From Trichosphaerium sp. ATCC 40318 (lineage: Eukaryota; Protista; Tubulinea): DNA of 64,000 bases. The stretch is taken from the NCBI GenBank assembly GCA_038496445.1, contig JALMLS010000420.1:558001-622000 (forward strand), written 5' to 3'. The stretch's first letter is position 1. Every line of letters starts with the position of its first letter. Positions 12,463 to 24,548 of this stretch are shown here, one piece after another. The notes below the pieces were generated by a model. The model saw only the letters and a program-made list of their open reading frames with translations, was not told the DNA's origin and did no database searches. The position numbers and the translations under genes were made by a program.

Positions 12463-14180
12463 TTAAATGACTGAAGCCCTGCAAGAAGGGCACTCTCTCT
12501 TAGTCTTCAGCCAAGTATCAATACAATCAACACGGAAAGAATGGCCACATTGTAAAGTGCGTATTTTTTCACCGTCTTCAAAGTTAGTATGGCAGAAAAT
12601 ACACATTGCATCTTCAGACCCTTCTTCTTTTGAATATGTAGTGATAGGCATCTTTGCTAATTGTTCTGGTGTGAGTCCGGTAGATACATTTCCGATTTGA
12701 TTTCCTAATTCTAGCAATTGCTAGAACAAAAGAAGAAATAAGTTCTTCGCACTGGTACTGTTTCAATCTCACCTCATAATCCATCTCATCAGTATTAGGA
12801 CCTTGGTCTACTCGTCTTCCTCTTCTCATTATATGCATGTCATCTGGTTCAGCCTCAGGTTCAGGTTCAGGTTCTGGTTCTCCCAAAGTAACAACTCCTT
12901 TTTGTTCAGTAGCCAAAGCTGTCAATGCAGCGCGAGGACACAATTCTACTCGATATTAATCACAATGTAACTACCACGTTAACATACTAGCGTCCTGTAG
13001 TGATAAAAAACCATCTTGGCGCTCTGTAAACTCTCTTCTTGGTACAGGTACGAGAAGGGAAAATTCCTTATCTTTAAAAGTCTCCTTTACCCATGCAAAC
13101 ACCTTAAAACTCAGTTAGAAGGATCACAGGTTTTACTAAAAAAGTAGCATACGGTTGACAATGTATCAGTTGATTTGAATGTTTTTCGGAGAGGTCTTCC
13201 TTGCGGCAAGCGAACCTAAGTAATTAATGAGAACTAGCTTTTATTAAAAGCCTCATAAATAATAGGCTCAAAAATAAAACACTAAATAAACCGACGTTCA
13301 CGTGCCTGTAGTGTACAACTATCGTGATTTTTTACAGCTGCAGGTATAATTGTAGGCTTAGGTGCTTGCTTTGGCTCTTCTTTCTTGCCCTCAGCCTTGG
13401 CCTTGTTCTAAAAGAATATTTGTCACAGGTTCGTTGTGGTGTTTTTTTTACTTACCCTTGCGATCCTTGCTTGTCTGTCAGCTTCTACCTGCTTCCGTAC
13501 ACGTTCTTGTTCTGCTATTCTAGCCCGTTTTGCTTTCCTGGCTTCAATGACAGCTTGTTTGCGCTGTTTTTCTTCGGATTGTATTAGTGGGACAAACAAA
13601 CACAAAATTTTCGTACCCCGAAGGTCATTCTTTTCTTTATCCCATTTTGCAGTGCGTGAGGATATCTTTTCTTGACCACGCGTTGTTAATCCGTATTTTA
13701 CAGGGTTTTGTTCTTTTTTATTTACAATTGCCTTCTTTTCTGTCGCTGGGTGCGTTTCTAACCTAAATCAATGCGTCTAAGCAACCACAAAGCGCAGAAA
13801 AAATTCATTGAAACTAATGCCGGTTTAAACCGCAATTCTACGTACCAATCTAACGCGCTGGCTAAATCTTTATTCGCTACGTAGTTTTAGGGGTTGAACA
13901 ATATTAATAAAACAATTCGTAGCATACAAGTCTCAATGAGAGCGTCTGTTGCTCTCTCTCTGGGAAAGCCCATAACAAGTAGTGTGCTATAAGCGTGTAA
14001 GCTATTTACCTAACTTTTCGTTGTGGACGCCGTACTTTAGGATTTTTGGGTCAGGAGCGAAGGGTCTGTCGAAAAGGCTTGGTCCTAACATAAATAGTTA
14101 ACAAGTGTACAACACAACGTCGGCTTTTGGAGTTTACCTGTGTTGCCTCCAATTTTAAACGTAGGCGTGGAGTCGCTCAT
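12463..14180 (-). CDS. UBA-UBX-RING-H2 protein (probable p97/Cdc48-associated E3 ligase)
   Basis: UBA: MGFPRERATDAL; coiled coil; UBX-like VRLPQGRPLRKTFKSTDTLST...PVPRREF; RING CIFCHTNFEDGEKIRTLQCGHSFRVDCIDTWLKTKRECPSCR. Confidence 0.85.
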
Positions 14181-14328
14181 GCTGGAGTGTTTTTTTTAGC
14201 TTCTCAGGCAATATAAAATAGAGACGCAAATAGGATCAAAAGGTCAAGTACAGTCACAGTACATCACACTCTGTTACATTACAGTTGTTTGTAATTGTTT
14301 TGAATATTAACAATGTATTTCTAAAATC

Positions 14329-17300
14329 ATGGCTGAGGAAAGGAAGCTAAGTCGAGGCCCTGATGTAGCGAAATTCCGTCGAGAGGACTTACACGCTACA
14401 CTATCAAAGCGTGATGCAAGCGCTTATCACCCTTTTCAAGCAGAATCAAAATTTATACAGAGGCTTCGTACTACGGGTAAATTCAACAAGAAGGAGCTAC
14501 CGCCTAGAAGGAAGCCTTTATCAGCATCGCTGTTTCTACCTCCAACAAGTCCTCAAAAAGTAGTGGTGACGGTATCAAAACGCCGTGCGCCATCAAAGGC
14601 GCTACGTACTACCTCTATACGTTTGTGAATTTTTCTTATCTCAATAAGCGTCTTTACCCAAAAAGAATGGATTGCGCCCTTCCCGTGCGATGACTGTGGT
14701 AGCAAGTAGCGTAACATTACGATCACCACCAAAAAACAGCATTATGTACCAGGTTAAAAAGACGCTTCGGGTACGTTATGATGCGACAAAGCGTCATTTT
14801 CCTCACGTTTGAGATTTTTTTTTTTTTGTAAACCATTTGGAGGATAGCAAATTTACGTTTTTTGCTTTTTCGTAAATTGCTTCTTTCTTTTTTTGTTTAT
14901 AAGCAATAAAACGTATTTTTAGCTCGTATACTTCTACCCTACATGTACCTACAAGTGTCTAACACTTTTTTTAAGAGGAGAAATTCATCACCACTCGTAC
15001 ATACATGGGACTATAATAACATTGATGTTACTCATGATTTTATTCTCCCTGGTACATTTATTCTAGATTTTAACGTTTTACTCTAACAAAAGTTTTTAAG
15101 ATGGGCGTACAATGTATGAAACGCTATGTAAAGTGTGGGAAGAAAAAAGGCGTAATGAGCGCACTAAGAGACAGACTATAAATTATAGAGAATCTAGGCG
15201 TAATATCAAGGTGTGTGGAGATTGTAATAGTGTTTTTTTTTTCAATTTTACACCTTAGATCTTTTTTTTTGTTGGTCTCCATTTTACGACCAAGACGTCA
15301 TTTCTATTCAGTTTTATCGCTTGTTTTTCCCTTTTAGCAACGTCTAAGGTACTTACGTCATTTAGTTACTTGAAGAAGAAATCAGAGCTGACGAAGATAA
15401 AATAAAAGGTGATGATGAAGATAAAGTAGAAGAAGGGTAAGATATTATAATATTACAAAAACTAGCGCACTTACGAAAAATCCCGAAAGGTGTGTAAAAC
15501 CGGCAAGCCAGGACCCAATCTTTGATGAAAATGAAGATGGCACACTAGTTATTGTTGGTGGCTCTAAACAAAAACTGATCGAAGCTTTAGCGAGCCCAAA
15601 AAACGCTGGTACGTTTTTTTTATTTATGTTTACACATTTCCTTTTAAAGTTTATTTTATCATTCAATGAATTGATTCACGAGTTCTCACTTACAACGACT
15701 CAATAGATTTTAATTACGTGGAAATGTTTTTATACTCAAGAGAGCATTGGTTCGTGTTATGTGTTTTGGCCTGGATATCAGACAAATCCGATAATTTTGT
15801 TTCTTTATTGGAATATTAACACTTTGTTTTAGGCTTTCTAATTGTGATCTATTTGAGACTTTGTGTGAAATCTATTGGAAGCCTTCTATTGTCATTAACG
15901 TTACGTCTAATTTACATACTATTCTACTCCAAAAGCGGTGCGTAACGAGATTAAAACATTGTAATAATTGGAAATAGCATTGTGAACGTTTTGCGTCTTT
16001 GGATTGAAAAGTGTTATATCGTGTTCATGAAGGATGGAGGCTTGGCTAAAGCTTTCTACCAATTTGTTCAAAAGATTAAGAGACAATCATCAACAGGAGA
16101 GAAACTTGCTGAGCAATTAACACAGACTTTGGACATGGCTGGAAACAAGTACAACAGTGGTACAACAAGTAGCATGTTTTCTCATATTTTCATTTTGTTG
16201 CTATCCTACAAGGCTTGACACGCTGGTGTCATTTTTTTCGTCGCGTGTCAAGTCAGTAGTCTCTATGTATTATATTATGTATTTATTCGCCATAAAAGGT
16301 GCATCTTCTCCACTAGGCGCTTTATCAAGGTCAACATCGGAAAAGTGTAAGCCAATCTTCTTAACTTTGATTAAGCTTTTATCCTTTTGTTGAGGATTTC
16401 AAAGCTTATTATCTAATCCACATATATATATACCTTATGTACCTATTTAGCTATGCTATCAACAAGTTCGGAAAAAATACCCAAGTGTAAGACAAACGGG
16501 CACTTTTTTCAACGCCAACGCACCAAAAATTTTTGTTTTCTCACAACTGAACAACTCATGGCAGTGTTATTTGTGGTTTCCATGGTTTTTTATATTGAAG
16601 AACGCTCATTTATTCATAGCGCAATCATGGAAGCCAAAGAAACGTATTAAGAAGAAACACAAAGATCCAGCAAAGATTCAGTTTATTGACATGGATCCAG
16701 TTTATGTAAGTCTCCGATCTTAGTATTACTCTCTATGGTTGTCATCTAACTTTTTTTATAGCTTGCAAAGCAAATGGCAATTTATGGTACGACCTTAAGA
16801 CAACAAACTACGATCGAGCAGTTCAACCAAGCTTGACTGAGAACAGATCTTTTTTTCCTCTTAGAACTTGACTTAAACAATCTAGATTTTAAGGCAATGT
16901 GCGATATTCAACCAGGTGAATTACTACGATGTAGTTGGGAAGATGCTGGTAAAGCACCAAATGCACACGCTGTGTGGATTAAAAATGACCAGGTAGAAAT
17001 AGATAGCAATTGAGCTTTTATTATTCCAAAAAACCAAACCTAATGCTGAATGTGTTTATTAGATTTCTCTTTGGGTCGCCTCTGAAATAGTTTCTACACC
17101 TAATGTAAAGAACCGTGTGGTAGTATTAAGTAACTTTATAACACTATGCTTCGTAAGTAACACCTATAAATCACTCAATAAAACTAACAAAAAAACCTCA
17201 GAAACTTCTTGAGTACAATGATTACCAAGGATTTATGAATATATACCTTGGTCTTAAAAAACATCAAGTACAATTACTAAAGCAAACATGGAATGCCCTT

Positions 17301-19371
17301 AGTGATAAACAAACCCGACAATGGACACAACGTGAGAAAGAAATGGCACAAGTAGATTTTACAGATTTTTTCGGAAAAGCAACGTTAGCTGAGTCTCCAA
17401 AAGTCTTGCCTTCAGGTACGAACTAATGAAAAAACAAATCTCGATTTATCTTAACGCTTTTCGTGTAGTATTATTCTTTCGTTACCTTCATATGATTGAG
17501 AAGGAGGATGATGATTTTCTTAAGGCTGATGGGGCTACTGGTCGTCCAGGAAACTTCATAAACTTTGATAAGTTAAGAGCTCTTGGTACTATCATAAAAG
17601 CTGTCCGTGAGATGCAACTAGATGCGCCATACAGTTTTGTTGAGAACCCAGTTATTCAAGAATACTTTTCGAGACACCTACATGCTTACACTGATACATA
17701 CTTGACTTCTCTTGCACGCAAAGCGGAAGATCTACACCAGATTACAAAGAAGGGAAAATCTAAAGGAAGAAAACATCAACAAGATGTTGCAACACAAACT
17801 TCAGCATCACAATCTATTGAGTCTGTACCAGCGTACGCCTTTATTCTATATTTATTTCGATAGCCTCTAATTGAATTCTTTGTTAGTGAAGCTGTTGATA
17901 TGGAAGACCTACAACAGCAAATATTCACAGAGCTTGGTGGAAAGTGGCAAAGACCTCTTGACAAGTTATCTATTCCTCAGGATTTACCTCGTTTCTGTAA
18001 AAAAATGGAAATAAGATCATGCACACAAGAGTTATTGATGAGCGCTCGTCAAAGAAGTTCTGCTGTAAGAGCTATACGTAAGCTACTTCTAGTTCTTGCA
18101 ACGTGCGTCTAAAACGAAATACACGTGATTAATCTTTATTTCTTATTTGTTTTTTCTTGCTTAGGCAGTTGGAAGTTAAACCAGAGTTCCTCGGCATCAA
18201 AGAGAAGTTCTATACAATATTTCCGAAAGAGGATCACGGAAAGGATTTAGTTAAAGCTGGAGATCGTCTTATAAAGGATATCATTGGCGCTGATAGTAGG
18301 CTGACTGCATTATTAAAAGTTTGTTGTAGTCAGGTACGCAAAATGCTTTGTCAAATTTTCATTGACTGCAATTCATCTACCCTTCTTCGCCTTTTGGTTA
18401 CTTTGGTTATTCACTTAGTATTTTGGCTAAACTTTTGTTAGGGTATTGTTTCTCCTGCTTGGGTTCGTTTGAAGTTATTTATTCTACCTGGTAAGTTAAA
18501 ATAGTCCGTTGTAGTTTTATTTTGTTTTGTTTTCAAAAGAGTCACCTTCTCTTAAGAGGAGTGTTACTTATTTCATAATCGTAGGGTACCAGTTTAAGGA
18601 TGTCAAAAATGGATGGGCAATCTTTATAATTTTTTACCAAGACAAGATTGTAGTTGTTCACAAGGTGAGTGTTTTCTGCTTTTTTTCTTATTTCTTCCGT
18701 CCGTACGGAAAAGTTTTGTAACATCACGTGATTTTTCGTTTAATCGTTTTTTTTCAAATAGAAAAAGGAACAATCTGCAGAGCAATCGTTTGGAGAATGC
18801 GAATTTGAGTTTACCTGGGAATTACGGATGGAGTTCGATAAAACGCTCACAAAATTTTTAACTTCGCGATTGTATATTTCTGCTTTGAATACAAACAAAG
18901 ATGTCATGTTACCTGAACGACAAGTAGAACTAAGATCTATTATGAATAACTGGAAAGGTAAACATGAGCTCATTTTTATTCTGGGATATCACGGCTTGAG
19001 TAAAGCGCAAGCAATTTGGGTTGAAAAAATCTTTTGTACACAAATTTACACACATTTGGATTTGTTTTGTGAAAAAATGAAGTCTTTGTACATCTGACGT
19101 GGTTGTTAAGGTCAAAGTATCTCAAAGATTATCATCAAGGAGAAAAAGCTACTCAAGGTGCGTGTTATACATTGTATGAGTAAATTTCTTGGATTAAAAA
19201 AGCTAGGATGCTGGTGTGGAATCTGGCTCTGCGTCAGGTAGTTCTCACAGTACGTCACTTACTGCTTCATGTGGATTTATTCCTAATATTTGTCGCCTAG
19301 GTAAGCCTAAAATAAAAGACCGTGGTGTTGGTAGACATAGTCCAAGGCGAGCATCAAGAGAAGACAAGTAA
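14329..19371 (+). CDS. Ras guanine-nucleotide exchange factor (REM + CDC25 domains) with additional C-terminal domain
   Basis: IVGGSKQKLIEAL, NVLRLWIEK, LAKQMAIY, ISLWVASEIV, YNDYQGFMNIYLGL, FINFDKLR; many exons, with the 5' exons uncertain. Confidence 0.8.
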
Positions 19372-19423
19372 GTCATAAATACTACAACTTATTTCCTATT
19401 TTTTTTTCTCAATGAAAATTATC

Positions 19424-19537
19424 GTATGCTGGTGCCTCTCTCACCAGCATACTAGCATAATTACATATTATATATATATATTTATAATTATAAATGATTA
19501 AGATATTGTAAAGATATGTACCTGCTAGTATGCCGGT
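19424..19537. repeat. Nested inverted repeats around an AT-rich core (hairpin or MITE-like)
   Basis: GTATGCTGGTG 19424-19434 pairs perfectly with 19442-19452; 19443-19457 and 19523-19537 are inverted repeats matching at 14/15. Confidence 0.5.
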
Positions 19538-21007
19538 TTGTTTGAAGGCTAATTTTTTTTTTCAAAAAAGGGATGATGCTAATACTCGACGAAGACTTAG
19601 CCGTACACACAGACAGCATGAGATTCAAGCACCATTGAGTCCAAGATCAAAACGTAAAATGCGTCAAACGAACATGGCTTTTAGTTTGTAAAACAGAAAG
19701 AAAAGAAACACTCAAAAAACTTGAAAAAAAAAAAGGAAAAAAAGAATAGATTGCGTTGTATTTTACGTCTTTGTTTATTTGTTTGGGTCAATAATATCTT
19801 GTCATTTTGAAGATATACTAGCTGCTTTTGTAGTGCAAATACTGGACACCTGATCCAAACGTTGTAAATTAAACCATACTTTTCTATTTCAGACTTTTTT
19901 TATTTGTCTTCACACTAAGCTCGTTTACACCTCAGTCTGAATACAATAAAGGCAATCAGTGTATTTAAAGACCGCCATCGCTAATACTATAAAACCGACG
20001 AAGTTGGAGTTTACGTATGTACGTTGAAAGTTCTCATGCAATTTCATAAAGCTGAGGCTATTTTTGAGCGGCACAAACTCTTGAACTGCTTACAATCATG
20101 TGATCGTAAACCAAAATAAGTTCTATCACGTTCACGTTTTTCAAAGCGTGATAAAATTAAAACGGATCCTCGCTAGCCTGTGATGAAGCCAGGTTTTATT
20201 TCAAAGTAACTTCACCCAGCTTCTCAACATAAGAACAGAATAACTGCACGACAGTTCTACGCTGATAAGTACTATGTTTTTATTGCTCACGTGTTTGTGC
20301 ACATTTGTGACACTTATGGCATAGGTTTTTGTAAACTATATCTACAATAGACTAAGGGAGTTCTGAGAGCTAGTGCTATTAAAGGTGAAATACAGAGGGC
20401 TTTAGTAAAATTATCACGAATAGTCTCCAAAGTCTTGTGCTAGCGCTTCTAGCGCTAGAGATAAGCAGAAGTTTCACCGGCGTATTGTTATAGTACGGTG
20501 TCATTCGCCACAAATAGTTTTTATGGCGCTTCGCTAGCAACAAAACAGTCACGCAAGTGAACACGCAGTAGTCAGATTCAAGTGAACATACAGCAATAAA
20601 ACTGATACCAGCCATTTACAATAGCACTGCCATTGATATGAAATAAACTTCCATTACCCAACACTTCTCGCTAGCGATAATAGGTATAACGCCATACATG
20701 AGTAGTTTTATAGTACAGAACTGTATCACGTGATTGTAAAGAGTATTTTAAAAGTGTGGGTAAAAAGGTACACAAGAGAGTTTTCTGATGTGCGTACAAA
20801 TTGTTACTACGACATTTCTTTTTGCGGTATTTCTCCTTACATAGGTACAACACGTGTTACACTAAGTACAGAATAAAAACTGCAGGACAAAAAAATGAAC
20901 CGAGACCTTTAAGAAAAAACTCGCGGTTCACACTTTAAGTATCTTGTGTGTACTATCTTTACTAGCATAAATCGGCTAAACACATACAAGCAACAACAGA
21001 TAAAAAA

Positions 21008-24000
21008 ATGAAGCTATTGATACTTGTGGTCGCACTGCTGACCTCACAAGTACGTAATTCTCCGTACTGTACAAGACTTAAAGCTGACTCACGTCGCAAA
21101 AGGTCTTATCGCAGAACGCTCCTGGTAAGACTGAAGCTGAAAGATTCACTGGGTTTAGAGATACAACATCTGGAAACTCAGGTACTTTACAAAGTCAAAA
21201 AGCATTTTGCTATTGTCCTAGACCGCCGAAAAAGTAGTATTTTGTTGTGAAAAATGGATCACAAAAACCAACTAGCGCTTGTTATTTTTAATATCGCTTA
21301 ACACTACGATAGGCGGCCAATCTTGTGGGGCTACTCAAAGTGGAACGAATCTAGTAGATTTACAATTGACGTCCGATAGCGGTGGTGGTTGTAATGTTGG
21401 TTGGATAGCAGCTACTGAGTACCTTGAGTACCGCATAAACTTTGCTCGCACAGATAGCTACACAATAAGAGCACGTGTTGCTTCAGCGCCATCTGGTACA
21501 AAAAACATTCAAGTGCGCGTCAATGGTGCCTTGAAGGGTACCATATCTGTAGGAAGCACTGGAGGTACGTCTAAAGACAGAGCAGCAACTAAGAAGAAAC
21601 TAAACTTTAAAACAGGTTGGCAATCATGGCAAACTAGGTCTATCAACATCGGTCAAGTCACAGCTGGAACAAAAACTATTCGCTTAACCTTTCAACAAAG
21701 CAATCTTAACCTCAACTGGATACAATTTGACTACACTGGTTCTCCTTCTAACAATCCTACGATCCAAACTGACGGCAAGAGATTCCACCCTGTAGTTGTA
21801 CGTCTTTTTTACCTCTTTTGTTTTTTTCTCGTTTTCTTTGTGTCACGTGATTTTCGCTTTCTGGCAACTACCGTAATGATCTCTTGGGTGTTCACTTTTT
21901 TTGTTTGATAGGTTACATACACTGGTCCAAGCAGAAGCGAGAATGATGCTGCTACTTTTACCAACTTCAGATTAAACTGCGCTTTCAAGAGAGGTTCTAC
22001 AACCTGGAACATTGCTGGTTTCTTTGCTGCTGATGGTAACGCTGCTGAGTCTTCTGCTACATCTGGAAACAAATGGCGTTGTATTTTCACTCCACCACAA
22101 GATGGTACGGGTCTACTTTCTTTGCTTCAAGTGATACATAATACTAACTATACTTTCAGGTTCATACACTGTTACTGCTTCTTTCAGAACAGGTAATGAT
22201 GTCGCTTTGTCTTTGAATGCAAACGCTGGAAACCCAACTTCGTTCAATGGAAACACCAAATCTTTCTCAATCTCTGGTCTTGGTACTGACAAGAGGCACG
22301 TTTTGTTTCGTAATTTACTATTGTTTTGTCCTTCAAACAAAATATAATAAGCCTTTAGGAGAGACGGTATCTTGGAATACGTTGGTCAACATTACATGAG
22401 ATATTCTCGATCAGGAAAATACTACATCAAGGGAGGTGCAGATTCACCGGAAAACTTCTTGGGTACTCAGTTGTCTATTGGTTAAACGTGTATTTCTAAA
22501 TCTTGTTTTTTCAGCTTACTACGAATTTGACGGTACAGGCAACAAGCATAGATACCAACCTCATCGCAATGACTGGAGGAACGGAGATCCAACATGGAAG
22601 AACGGCAAGGGTAAAAACATTATTGGTAAGCAAAAAACTACACGTTTAATTGTTAAGGTCTTCTAACATGTATGAAGGTGCTTTGAACTACCTTGCAAAT
22701 AAGGGTATGAACTCAATGTACTTCTTGACAATGAACGCTCCACTCGGAGATGGTACGGATTTATATCTATCCCTAATTATTCTTACTGTTATTATAGGAA
22801 AGGACGTCTTCCCATGGACATCAACAAATAACAATGATAGATTTGAATACGATGTATCTAAACTAGCACAATGGGACATTGTCTTGACTCATATGGACAC
22901 ATTAGGTACGATCAAAGATCTGTTTGCGTTTACCACAATCCCTTACAAGTTTTCTAGGTATTATGCTTCATATTGTGACTCAAGAGACCGAGAATGATCA
23001 ACAACTCGATGGTGGTAATTTGGGACGATCAAGGAAACTTTACTATCGTGAAATGGTTGCACGTTTTGGTTATCACGTTGCTATCACGTGGAATATCGGG
23101 GAAGAAAATACTAACACCGATGCTCAAAGAAAAGCATTCATCGACTACATTGACGCTTTGGACGCTTACAAGCACTTGATTGTTGTTCACACTTATCCAA
23201 GCCAACAGGTGCGATAAAGCAGCATAGGAGTGATGTTAACTTTCTTCGCTTAGGAGGGTATTTACGGACCTCTTATTGGAAAAAGAAACTTCTTGGGAGC
23301 TTCTATTCAAAAAGGAAATCCAAACCAAGTCGCAGCAGAAACAAGAAAATGGTGGACACGCTCCGTACGAAAAAACAGAATTGAGTTGTTACATGCTAAG
23401 TTCTTTTTTCTACTAGAACAACAATGGACACAAATGGGTTGTTACATCTGATGAGATTGGGCCTGCCAATGAAGGTGTTCGCCCTGATCCTCCAAATGCT
23501 AATCACATCACTGTCCGTACTCGTGCTCTTTGGGGAAATCTCTTGCAAGGTACGTGAATTGAACATCTCAACAATCCCTGACTTGAATATAAGGTGGTGC
23601 TGGTGTTGAATGGTACTTTGGATACCAATTCCCTCACAACGATCTTAACTTGGAAGACTTCCGTTCACGTAACTCAGTATGGGGTTGGACAAAACACGCT
23701 CTTGACTTCATGGCAAGGTAAACACTCCGCTATATAAAACCTTGATAAAACTAACTCCTTTTCTTTCTCCAGACTTCCTTTTGTAAGTATGAGACCAGGT
23801 GACAATGTTGGAAACGGATACTGCTTTGAGCACAACAGATTCTTTGTCGTATCATTGCCTACTGGAGGTTCATTGAACTTAAGCAGTAAGATTGGTAGTG
23901 GCACATGGCAAGTACAATTTTTCAACCCAAGAAATGGTGTATACAATGGATTTCAGACAATCGGTAGTAACAAGAGGATCAATGCACCAAATAACCAAGA

Positions 24001-24049
24001 TTGGATCGCTATTGTAAAGCCACAAGGATACAATATTCCAACAAACTAA
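21008..24049 (+). CDS. Secreted CBM6 + DUF5060-type putative glycoside hydrolase (bacterial-like)
   Basis: Signal peptide MKLLILVVALL; CBM6 NVGWIAATEYLEY, ARVAS, TGGWQSW, NLNW; GFFAADGNAAES, KGGADSPENFL, YDVSKLAQWD, TQETEND, WNIGEEN, DEIGP, GGAGVEWYFGY; C-terminal QFFNPRNG...QDWIAIV. Confidence 0.85.
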
Positions 24050-24548
24050 GTCATAAAAAACCTTAGTGCTCACATTATCCTCCTACTTAGTTAAAACAAT
24101 AAACTAGTTTTCATTCACTAAGCCTTTCTTAGTTTAATTCTTTTATTGTACCAGACTTAATGTACTCCTCTATTTGATTCGTTAGTCGTACCACAGATGC
24201 ACTATGGTCCGTAGATTATAGTGCTAGCATTGTATGTGTATATATTAACTAGACTTCCAACTATTTCGTTCATGAGTCAAAAGACAACAGTAGCTTCACA
24301 TTCTTAGGACGATGCTTGCTGTTAAGTGCATCTCTTATATCCAAAACTGATTCTCGTATCATGTCATCTGTTACACAAACGTTTGTAATTATAGTATAGA
24401 GTGAGCACTAAGCTTTACAAGGTGTTTACAATTTAAACACAAAAAGCCAAAGCAGCTTGGATGTGTAAACATTTGGCTATTGTTTTTACTAGCCAAAAAG
24501 CTTAGATTTGCACAGTTGTGTTTTATTTAGTGGTTATTATTTTTGGAG

